Sequence record: AP018399.1
DNA length: 64,000 nt
Reading direction: 5' to 3' (one strand)
The notes below the pieces were generated by a model. That model ran no database searches. It was given only the letters and a program-made list of their open reading frames with translations, and was not told the DNA's origin. Positions within the stretch are counted from its first letter, which is position 1, and every line of letters starts with the position of its first letter. Of this stretch, positions 39,529 to 47,943 are shown piece after piece. The position numbers were made by a program, and so were the translations under genes.

Positions 39529-39704
39529 AACGTCGGTCGGTACCTTAAGCAAGTACCGCCAAGTTATCAGTGATTTGCCTAGTTTAAGCTGATGGCTCGC
39601 CGTGAAACAGTCGGATATTAAAACGGGTAGGGTGTCGCCGATAGACTAGTGAATCAGCTTGCTAAGGGCTGGGAATCGAAACTGCTACTTAGCTTCCATT
39701 CTAT

Positions 39705-39779
39705 GGAGCATTCGTCTATCGGTTAGGACGCTAGACTTTCACTCTGGAAAGAGGGGTTCGACTCCCCTATGCTCTACCA
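39705..39779 (+). tRNA. tRNA-Glu(UUC)
   Basis: Cloverleaf with CCA. Confidence 0.95.
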
Positions 39780-39783
39780 ACAC

Positions 39784-39813
39784 AGAAGCCCGCCTAGTGC
39801 GGGCTTTTCTTTT
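39784..39813 (+). terminator. intrinsic terminator ending the RNA island
   Basis: AGAAGCCCGC-CTAGT-GCGGGCTTTT-CTTTT. Confidence 0.85.
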
Positions 39814-40540
39814 TGCTATATAATAATTGGAACATAGGATTTCAAATGGAATTATCCCCAATCCACCAATTATTGATTCTGGGAACGCTGACGCTCATCG
39901 CCGTAGTCTCGGTGGTTTCGCTCGCCTATCAGATGTACTTCCTGCCCAAGAAGCGCAAAGCCTTCCTCATTAAAGAAATGGGACATTGCTTGCTGACTCG
40001 TGAGCAAATTTACGGTGCGGAACTCATCAACCACTGCCGAACCATCCTGCATAATATCGACATACATTGCAGTATGAGAGAAGGATTCAAGATGGTCTAC
40101 ACATACGGCAAGTATGAGATAGGCGTCAACTGGTATCCTGTCAATGGATTGTTTGAGTTCACCTTCCCGGTCAAGTACGAAACGATTGCGAAAATTTACT
40201 ATCCGACTTGACAAACGAAGTTGATGGGTCTATAATTCTCATCATCAAGTCAGGACACACAATGACCACTTACAACGAAGAGTCGAGAGCGAAGATTTAC
40301 GAGCAGTATCCGCAGAAGCCCCGTGAGCAGAAGCGCATCGGTGGCCTCATCGAAAACTGGTCGCTGGTTCCGTTCAATGGCGATGACAAGAAGCTGGTCA
40401 TCGTGGGGTCGCTGAGTGGCGACAACTATTGGGACAAAGGCCCAATCCGTACTTCGCTCATCATGAGCATCAATGAAGATGAGACTGAGGCCGAAACCCT
40501 CAATACCATCTACAAGCTGGGCGTCAAGGCTTCGGCCTAA

Positions 40541-40830
40541 CGCCTAGGGTGGGGAGAGTCACTTTTCGCAGGTTATGGCTCCCCACAAGAATGAAATCTG
40601 CCAGTTTACCGCCCCAAGCTCGTGCTGTGGCATGGTCACCGTATTTGACCGGTCTACCACTACAGCCGGACCGACACACTAGGACAACTCTCACTAATCC
40701 TAGGTAAAGCGGTCGCCCTGTGAGAAGGGAAAGGATGTACCGACAAGTAGCGGCTCCCTCGTGGAGTTTCATGGTTGCGAAGCCATGATACTAATGAAGC
40801 GCGAAATCAGGTACAGCCCGAGCTAGGTGG
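40541..40830. ncRNA. unknown structured intergenic RNA
   Basis: AGCTCG-T-GCTGT/ACAGC-C-CGAGCT closing helix with several inner hairpins. Confidence 0.5.
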
Positions 40831-40884
40831 CTTGCATTTGACCTTCTGGTTTGTTATAATCAAGACCAATCCAGAGGTACCGAC

Positions 40885-41613
40885 ATGAAAATCACATCAA
40901 CGTGGCTCCTTACATCCGCTGCCCAAGTCGTCATCACGATTGCTGTGGGCGCGTTCATGCTGGTCAATGCCGCAGTGATTGGCTTCTATGTCATTGAAGG
41001 ATATGGGAATTATCAGAAGAAGGAATCTGCGGACGTAATCCTCACCGGTCGCGTTCACACGTTCTCGTCTCTGGAATTCACCACGAATCCGGCCGGTACC
41101 ATGCGTACCTGCGTCGGGGTGACCGCTAGCAACGGTCGGATGGTGGTTCGCGAACTCGGTGATTGGGAAGGAAACCTTCCGGCCGGTGACTTCTGTGGGC
41201 AGCTTTTCAGCGCCAGCAACCTCACCAACTGGAAGCATATGGCACCAACATCCAACGGCACCAGTGTGCTTGAGAAGGTGTTGTGGTCCATTGCTTTCTT
41301 CGTCGTGTTCATGAGTGGTGCGTATCTGGTGGCGTCGATTCCTGCCAATCTGGTGGCTATCGCATTGCCGGGACTGGCTCCGATTGCCAAGTTGATGGCG
41401 TTGGCGTTCACGCTTCCTGTGCTGCTGTTCTGGGCAGTGTTCGTCACCAGTGCATGGCAGTACCATCCGTCGTATTGGAAGTCGCCTGACGGCTATGTGG
41501 TCGAGACTGAGAAGGTCTTCATCACGCGAGACAAGCGAGTGTTCACCGCTCCGGAAACGTTGTTCGGATGGACCTCAAGCAATACGATGCAAGAACGAAA
41601 GGTGTTCGAATGA
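40885..41613 (+). CDS. multi-pass membrane protein
   Basis: GAGG SD and hydrophobic helices. Confidence 0.7.
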   Translation: MKITSTWLLTSAAQVVITIAVGAFMLVNAAVIGFYVIEGYGNYQKKESADVILTGRVHTFSSLEFTTNPAGTMRTCVGVTASNGRMVVRELGDWEGNLPAGDFCGQLFSASNLTNWKHMAPTSNGTSVLEKVLWSIAFFVVFMSGAYLVASIPANLVAIALPGLAPIAKLMALAFTLPVLLFWAVFVTSAWQYHPSYWKSPDGYVVETEKVFITRDKRVFTAPETLFGWTSSNTMQERKVFE

Positions 41614-41796
41614 GTTTCTTCAAGTGGTATGACCGGCATCCGAAGAATCGGTTCTGGTTCACCATCGGTGTCATCGCATTCGTCCTGATTCCTCCTGTAG
41701 TGACATGGACGGCTCCGAAATCACTGACGTGGATTGCGATTCTGCTGAATGCTGGCATTGCAGTGCTGCATATGCATAACTGGATGAAGTTGAAGC

Positions 41797-42198
41797 GTGG
41801 TTCCAAGTCGTAGAGAACAGCGCTTCTACAAGAAGGCCAGAGAAGCAAGCAGTCGTTCAAATCACTACAAGGCCAAGATTGGTGCGGTAATTGTCACAGG
41901 GAACTATGTCCTTTCAGAAGGGTGCAGCCGTGAGAAGAGCCATACAAGACAACACCGGTACGACCGTAGGATGAAGTACCACGGTGGTCAGTCGAAGCTT
42001 CATGCTGAGATTGACGCCCTTGTGTCATCTGGCCGTGTCGATTTGACTGGTGCCGAAATCTACATCTACAGGGAAGACAAGAAGGGTAATCTTGCCAACT
42101 GTAGACCTTGCGTTAGTTGTACACAGGCGTTGAAGGACGCTGGTGTGCGTCACATCTACTACACCCACAAAGAGGGGTTTGCTTATGAGCAGTTCTGA
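41797..42198 (+). CDS. CMP/dCMP-type zinc deaminase-like protein
   Basis: HAE and PCVSC motifs. Confidence 0.8.
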   Translation: MVPSRREQRFYKKAREASSRSNHYKAKIGAVIVTGNYVLSEGCSREKSHTRQHRYDRRMKYHGGQSKLHAEIDALVSSGRVDLTGAEIYIYREDKKGNLANCRPCVSCTQALKDAGVRHIYYTHKEGFAYEQF

Positions 42199-42341
42199 TG
42201 CAGCGTTCCGTGAGAAGTTCATGAAGTTGATGCAATCACGGAAAGAAATGTCGCCGGAACAGTTGACAAGCGAAGATGAGTTCGATAATATGGTCGAACT
42301 TGGTGATGCAACTGAGTGATTTCACTCTAATTGCAACCACA

Positions 42342-42348
42342 CTAAATA
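42342..42348 (+). promoter_or_regulatory. T4-type late-promoter-like CTAAATA (also 29931, 30416, 39031, 45061, 45733, 46091, 53690)
   Basis: Recurrent motif, in four cases 10-16 nt before a tRNA 5' end. Confidence 0.6.
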
Positions 42349-42360
42349 GTTTTACAATAT

Positions 42361-42437
42361 CCGGGTGTAGCGCAGTCTGGTAGCGCACTTGCTTTGGGAG
42401 CATGGGGTCGCAGGTTCGAATCCTGCCGTCCGGACCA
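42361..42437 (+). tRNA. tRNA-Pro(UGG)
   Basis: Cloverleaf, G37. Confidence 0.95.
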
Positions 42438-42448
42438 AATTCATAGTT

Positions 42449-42525
42449 CAGGGTGTAGCGCAGTCTGGTAGCGTGGCCGGTTTGGAGCCGGGCGGTCGTA
42501 GGTTCAAATCCTACCATCCTGACCA
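42449..42525 (+). tRNA. tRNA-Pro(UGG), A37 variant
   Basis: Loop TT-TGG-AG. Confidence 0.85.
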
Positions 42526-42568
42526 AAATTAAGGTATGTGTACCGGAACTACACATATGACGAACAAT

Positions 42569-42659
42569 GCCACTTTGCCTGAGTCCGGTCGATAGGAACT
42601 GCCTTGTAAGCAGTCGGGATAATACCCCATCGCAGGTTCAAATCCTGTGGGTGGCACCA
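42569..42659 (+). tRNA. tRNA-Thr(UGU) with long variable arm
   Basis: Loop CTTGTAA; V arm GGGATAATACCCC. Confidence 0.85.
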
Positions 42660-42667
42660 AATTCTAC

Positions 42668-42744
42668 AGGTCGGTAGTTCCAACGGCTAGAACGATGGAC
42701 TCCAAATCCATGCGATGGGGGTTCGAATCCCTCCCGGCCTGCCA
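42668..42744 (+). tRNA. tRNA-Trp(CCA)
   Basis: Cloverleaf, G73. Confidence 0.95.
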
Positions 42745-42942
42745 ATTTCTCATGACGCTAAAGTTCTGGTTCAAATGGAATGCACAGAAGGTCGCTGACC
42801 AACTGAACGAGCAATATCGTCAGTATGAGGACAACTGCTTTCCGTGGGAAGTACAGCGACAAGGTATTCGGTACTTGATTTTAAAGAAGTACCATGCTAA
42901 TGTATCTGGAACGTACACAATAGCAGCATCAAAACGACATAT

Positions 42943-43017
42943 AGGGGCGTAGTACAGCGGTTAGTGCGCTTGACTCTGACTCATGAAACGGTGGTTCGAA
43001 TCCATCCGCCCCTGCCA
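42943..43017 (+). tRNA. tRNA-Gln(CUG)
   Basis: Cloverleaf. Confidence 0.9.
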
Positions 43018-43303
43018 ATTCGGATGACTACAATGAAATTTGAAGTTTCCAAGCGTTTCACTATCTACGGTCTGAATGCACATGAACGAGAATTCATGTG
43101 TAATCTTCTCACCAAAGGCCAATACAACTGGTCCAATTGGGATAATGATACGTTCGCGGTCATCTTCCATGAAGGTTCGTTGCATACCATCCCCGAAGAT
43201 GATGTGGTGAAGTTCCTGAACATTCTTGACCATCGTCGGAAGGTTCATATATACTTCGAATACACTGGCGACGGACGCTTCAACATCATCGTCAAGTAAC
43301 AAT

Positions 43304-43379
43304 AGGGGTTTAGCCAAGTGGTTAAGGCATGGGCCTTTGACTCCCAGACCGGTAGGTTCGATTCCTCCAACCCCTGCCA
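43304..43379 (+). tRNA. tRNA-Gln(UUG)
   Basis: Cloverleaf. Confidence 0.9.
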
Positions 43380-43419
43380 AACCAGTTGACAAATGAACTT
43401 GATGGGTTATAATTAATCC

Positions 43420-43626
43420 ATGAACATACATTCGTTGACCCATGCAGTATCGGTGACCAGCACCAAGGCGGATTGTCTGGACTTCCTTGGCCTTGACCAC
43501 TCCACGCGGAACTTCCGGCTCATGTCGGATGCCATCAAGAAGCACGGCATCGACACCAGCCACTTCGTAGGAATCAAGGCTTCGGAGTACGTGGCACGCT
43601 TCAAACCAGTTGACAATCAGTTTTAA
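43420..43626 (+). pseudogene. N-terminal remnant of an HNH homing-endonuclease-like gene
   Basis: LGL ... N ... IKKHGIDTSHF N-terminal motif without the HNH domain; flanked by a 14-bp repeat. Confidence 0.5.
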
Positions 43627-44110
43627 TCTGGTAAGATAACATCATCACATCGGGTAAGCCCTTCACTGACCAGTGAGTCCGAGGAAGGGAGAGAAAGCAG
43701 GCCGGGTTGTTGGGGGCGCTGCCGAAAAGAGGGAGAGACAGTGGCACGAATGAAGCAAATGCATCTGGATATCATCGAAAGCCAAGAGGCTGACGAGGAA
43801 GGTATCATCAATGCGGTGCCAACTCCGGTTCCGTCTCCCGCACGGGAGGTCGCAAATGCCGAAGTATCTCCTGATTGATTCCACTTCGGTTTTCATTCCG
43901 GGCGACGAGCGTTCACGCACGAATCCCGGTCACGGATACCCCGAGCGGACGGAAACGTACCCGGTGTTGAAGTGGTTCGATACCGAGCAGCAAGTGCTGG
44001 AATATCTGGAAACGTGGGGTCGTAACATCAAAGACCCGCAGATATGGGAACTCGCTGGTAAAGTCAAACTGGAAGTGAAGACTACCTTGTCACTTTCCAA
44101 GTAATATTCC

Positions 44111-44197
44111 GGGCATGTGGCGGAATTGGTAGACGCGGCAGACTCAAAATCTGTTGGTAGAAATACCGTGTCGGTTCGATTCCGACCTTGCCCACCA
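44111..44197 (+). tRNA. tRNA-Leu(CAA)
   Basis: Class II cloverleaf. Confidence 0.95.
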
Positions 44198-44601
44198 AAC
44201 AAGAGAACGCAATGAAGATTTCCTTCCGTACTGCTGTCATGATTGCCATCGCTGTTGGTGTCGCGGGAAGCCTGCTTCTCCCCGTCAATGCGAAGGCTCA
44301 GGATGTTATCAGCCAGACCAACGCCACCATGATGGCGTTCCAGCCTGCGATGACTGCCGACACCAGTTCCAGCAAGCCCACAACGCCGCCTCCGGCCAAG
44401 CTGTACCGTGAGCGCGTACCGGGTAAGCCGGAAGAAGGATTCGTTCCTGTGACGGCTCCGGTGAAGAAGAACTACCAGTACACGAGGGTGGACTATCCCT
44501 ACGGTGAAGTTCTCATCTTCGAAGACTTCGTTCGTCGCAATGTGTGCTACATCACCATCAATAACGGTCGAATCTCGGAATCCTGTGTTCCCATGAAGTA
44601 A
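44188..44601 (+). CDS. exported hypothetical protein
   Basis: Signal peptide. Confidence 0.65.
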   Translation: MPTKQENAMKISFRTAVMIAIAVGVAGSLLLPVNAKAQDVISQTNATMMAFQPAMTADTSSSKPTTPPPAKLYRERVPGKPEEGFVPVTAPVKKNYQYTRVDYPYGEVLIFEDFVRRNVCYITINNGRISESCVPMK

Positions 44602-44983
44602 GGAAAACAAATGAAAACTGCACTAAAGGTTCTGGGTATTCTGGCTCTGGTTTTCTTCTTGCTGGTCGGCGGCTGCACTATGCTGGTCATGATGACACCA
44701 AAAAAGCCGGTTGTAGCCGAAGTAAAGAAGGATGCCATCGACCAAACTCGTGATATCGTGAATTTCACGTACAGTGCTGCCAAGCAGTGTGAAAAATACG
44801 GCGATGGGTCTAGCTCATGTAGTCTGTTTAAGAACCAAACACGTAATCGGGTAATTCGTGATATCATCTATGCTCCGGCTGTTCCGGGTGAAGTGATGGC
44901 TGAATTCAATAAGCGCGGATACTTCACCGAATATACCGAACAAATGTTGTATATTGAAGCTGTCGATAAACATCTTCGATAAC

Positions 44984-45058
44984 GGGCCGGTAGCATATGG
45001 GTAAATGCGTCCGACTCATAATCGGTTGAGCAAGGTTCGATTCCTTGACGGCCCACCA
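44984..45058 (+). tRNA. tRNA(CAU), Ile2 or Met
   Basis: Loop CTCATAA. Confidence 0.9.
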
Positions 45059-45076
45059 AACTAAATAGGTTTACAC

Positions 45077-45153
45077 GGTAATATAACTCAGCCCGGTAGA
45101 GTAGCGCCCTCATAAGGCGTTTGTCGCAGGTTCGAATCCCGCTATTACCACCA
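45077..45153 (+). tRNA. tRNA(CAU), Met or Ile2
   Basis: Loop CTCATAA. Confidence 0.9.
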
Positions 45154-45201
45154 AGATTTATCTTGACAGCCTCAAATGAGGCTGTTATAGTTTTAGAACA
45201 T

Positions 45202-45290
45202 GACGCGGTGCCGGAGTCTGGTTGAACGGGATGGACTGCAAATCCATAAGCGAAAGCTCATCACAGGTTCAAATCCTGTTCGCGTCTCCA
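45202..45290 (+). tRNA. tRNA-Cys(GCA) with long variable arm
   Basis: U73; V arm AGCGAAAGCT. Confidence 0.85.
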
Positions 45291-45295
45291 AATAC

Positions 45296-45445
45296 GGGGT
45301 GTTAGGGAATTGGAAAACTCGCCGGAAGTAATCCGGTAGCTTGTGATAAGGTTGCAACCACCGAAATCGACTGCATTCTAGAACGTAGTCACTAGTAGGT
45401 ATCATGATAGCTTGACTTTGGTTCGAATCCAGAGACACCCCACCA
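45296..45445 (+). ncRNA. 150-nt tRNA-like RNA with ~80-nt variable-arm domain
   Basis: GGGGTGT/ACACCCC-ACCA, AC arm GCCGG-AAGTAAT-CCGGT, T arm. Confidence 0.75.
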
Positions 45446-45978
45446 ATTCACAACAAAGGAAGTAAGATGTTCGCTCTACTGAGAAAGAAGTTCGGCACTG
45501 CTGCTTTCGTGTTCCCGCTGATGGCGCTCATGGGCATCGTCTTCCATGTGGAGCCGAAGGATATCCTGCTGGGTTCCGTCCTGATGTACATCGTTACGCT
45601 CGCTCTGCTGATGCTGGACGACGTGTTCGTGTTTGAATTCGCGGACAATGGCGCGCTTCTGAGCGAGGAAGAGCTTGTCGAATTTGACAAGCTGGTTTCA
45701 CCTGTACAAGTTACAGTGGAAGTGCAATACAACTAAATAGCTTTACAAGGTGGGATATGAAGAAAATCAAGGGGTTGTTCGGGAAGTATCCCGTCGCTGC
45801 TAACTCTTCATCGTATTTCGCCGCAACATTCGTTGGAACCGGTGCAGTAGCTACCGTATTCAATCGACCGATAGAAGAAGCAATCTTCATATCAGTCATC
45901 ATGGCCGTAACGGGCGGTGTAATTGGATGGGTAAAAACTGTTGACAAAGACGGTGAAAGCGAATAAGATACAAACTTC

Positions 45979-46067
45979 GGGTCGGTCGCATAGTGGCCGA
46001 GTGCAACGGGCTGTTAACCCGTCGAGTTAATACTCCATCGCTGGTTCGAATCCAGCCCGGTCCGCCA
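45979..46067 (+). tRNA. tRNA-Asn(GUU) with long variable arm and G3.U70
   Basis: Loop CTGTTAA; acceptor GGGTCGG/CCGGTCC; G73. Confidence 0.85.
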
Positions 46068-46261
46068 AATTCACAAACGTTACAACCATACTAAATAGTT
46101 TTTATGAACGCTATCCATATTGACAACCGAGCCGACCGATTTATCAGCATTATTGCTGATGATAGCGTCAGCGCGCGTGTGGATAGTTTTAGTGTTGTAG
46201 CAGTAGATTCAAGTAACAAGCAAGAGTAAGGCCAAGGAATCATTCTCGGTCTTACAGACAC

Positions 46262-46340
46262 GGGAATGTAGCTCAGTTTTTGGTAGAGCAGTAGCCTGAA
46301 AAGCTTCGTGTCGTAGGTTCGATTCCTATCATTCCCACCA
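46262..46340 (+). tRNA. tRNA-Phe(GAA)
   Basis: Cloverleaf. Confidence 0.9.
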
Positions 46341-46373
46341 AATTTCGATGTGCGCAGCAATGCGTTCGTCAAC

Positions 46374-46448
46374 GGTGAGTTCGTTTAACGGTTAGGATTC
46401 CGGCCTGTCACGCCGGGGACACGGGTTCGATTCCCGTACTCACCGCCA
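46374..46448 (+). tRNA. tRNA-Asp(GUC)
   Basis: Cloverleaf, G73. Confidence 0.95.
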
Positions 46449-46454
46449 ATCTTT

Positions 46455-46538
46455 GGGGTCATGGTGTAAAAAAGCATTGCGCCCTGTCTGGGCGTAGATG
46501 ATGGAGAGGTAGCGCTGCCTGCCCATCTGGCCCCGCCA
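46455..46538 (+). ncRNA. Asp-like tRNA mimic with T loop replaced by a hairpin
   Basis: GGGGTCA/TGGCCCC-GCCA, loop CTGTCTG, T stem GATGG/CCATC around 18 nt. Confidence 0.65.
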
Positions 46539-46608
46539 ATTTGAAGTAGGTGACAGCGGAAGGTTTTACTTGCCAAGGATGGCAATAGGTGTTAAGATTT
46601 ACAAATGA

Positions 46609-46684
46609 TGGACCGTAGCTCAGTTGGTAGAGCAAACGACCGATAATCGTTTGGTCGCTGGTTCAAATCCAGCCGGTCCAACCA
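46609..46684 (+). tRNA. tRNA-Ile(GAU), C33 variant
   Basis: Loop CC-GAT-AA. Confidence 0.9.
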
Positions 46685-46704
46685 AACAACCAGAAAGGAC
46701 TTAA

Positions 46705-47115
46705 ATGAAAAAGATTCTTGCAGTTGCAGTGATGTTCATGGTAGCATTCAGCGCCGCAGCCGGTGACTTCGATACGAAGACCATCCAGCGCGATGACGGA
46801 AGCGTCCAGCATGTGATTCCAGTCACCGAGCAGACGTGCGACTTGCAGAACAAGTCCAATCTGGGCAATGCAGCCATCGGTGCTGGTGTCGGTTACGCAA
46901 CCGGACGTGTCATCAGTGGTCGCAGTCGCAACAGTGGCATGTGGGGTCTGGCAGGTGCAGCCGCAGGCGCACTCATCGGTGCCAACACGCAGAAGTCGCA
47001 GGAGTGCCGTTACAAGACGGTGTTGAAGGGCCACAAGGTCATCACCATCAGCAAGGACGGCAAGATGAAGGAAGATTTCGTTCCTTACGTCGGACCTGAG
47101 AAGGTTAAGCTGTAA
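46705..47115 (+). CDS. glycine-zipper envelope protein
   Basis: Signal peptide and GAAIGAGVG / GAAAGALIG. Confidence 0.7.
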   Translation: MKKILAVAVMFMVAFSAAAGDFDTKTIQRDDGSVQHVIPVTEQTCDLQNKSNLGNAAIGAGVGYATGRVISGRSRNSGMWGLAGAAAGALIGANTQKSQECRYKTVLKGHKVITISKDGKMKEDFVPYVGPEKVKL

Positions 47116-47789
47116 TGCGCAAGTTCGAAGTGATTACGAAGCCGACCAACACGGTCAAGCTCACTATCGCGAAAGACCGCGTTACCGTGAAGCTCCCGGA
47201 GTCAATCACTCTGGTGAATGCCGAACGAATCGTGAAGTTCTTCAAGAAGGTGGCTGACAAGAATCCTTCGCCGGAATTCACGTTGCGCGGTAATGGTACA
47301 CCGGAGAATGTCATGCGACACGGCATTGCGATGTACTCTGGGATTCGTCCCGGTCGTAAGCCGGTCAACGAAGGTTCGTACAAGTTTGAAGAGTAAGACG
47401 TTCTCGGACGTAAACCGAGTGGTGGAGGGCCGGGAAGCCGACCCCTAAAAGCAAGACGGCAACGACTAGACTGACCGCCGAAATATGCATAGAAGAGTCA
47501 AACTAGTGACAGCAAGAGAGAATGCACAGAATTCAATTGATTAGAGAGAACGATGAAGATTTTTGCACGACCCAAGGCTTCAACCGCAGAGCGTAACAGC
47601 AAGATGGGATTTTCCCAGCGTATGAGTCCGAGGTATGCGTATGAAATTGAGCGCGTCTTCGAAGATAAGGATGGAGTGAAGCGTGTTGCGCTGTCTGGTT
47701 ACAGCAAGGCGCATACGATGAACTACACCGCCGAGGACTACACGTTCGAAGATGCCATCAAGCGTCCTGTCGTCGTCTAAGCAATATAT

Positions 47790-47869
47790 ACGGGTGTAAC
47801 CACCGTGCCTACGAAGCACGAGTAAGGTAATGGATGAAAATGCAGGTTCGACCCCTGTCGCCCGTGCCA
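47790..47869 (+). tRNA. D-armless tRNA-Arg(ACG)-like RNA
   Basis: Acceptor ACGGGTG/CGCCCGT-GCCA, perfect AC arm, 7-nt D replacement, 21-nt variable region. Confidence 0.7.
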
Positions 47870-47943
47870 ACTTAAGAGGTAACTAAAATGAAAATGTATC
47901 AGGAGGCCAATCATGCTTTAGGTTAAAATAGGAGAACCTAATC

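Noticed and set aside
39585-39660. Second hammerhead (CTGATGG..GAAAC)
   Set aside because: A9 is missing, there is no stem II, and stem I is not adjacent to the core.
43650-43720. Hammerhead-like words (CTGA, TGAGTCC..GGA, GAAA) and a GCAGGCCGGG match to the dispersed element
   Set aside because: No CUGAnGA core in the correct order, and stems I and III cannot be built; the 10-mer lacks the TAAAAT/GGATG context.
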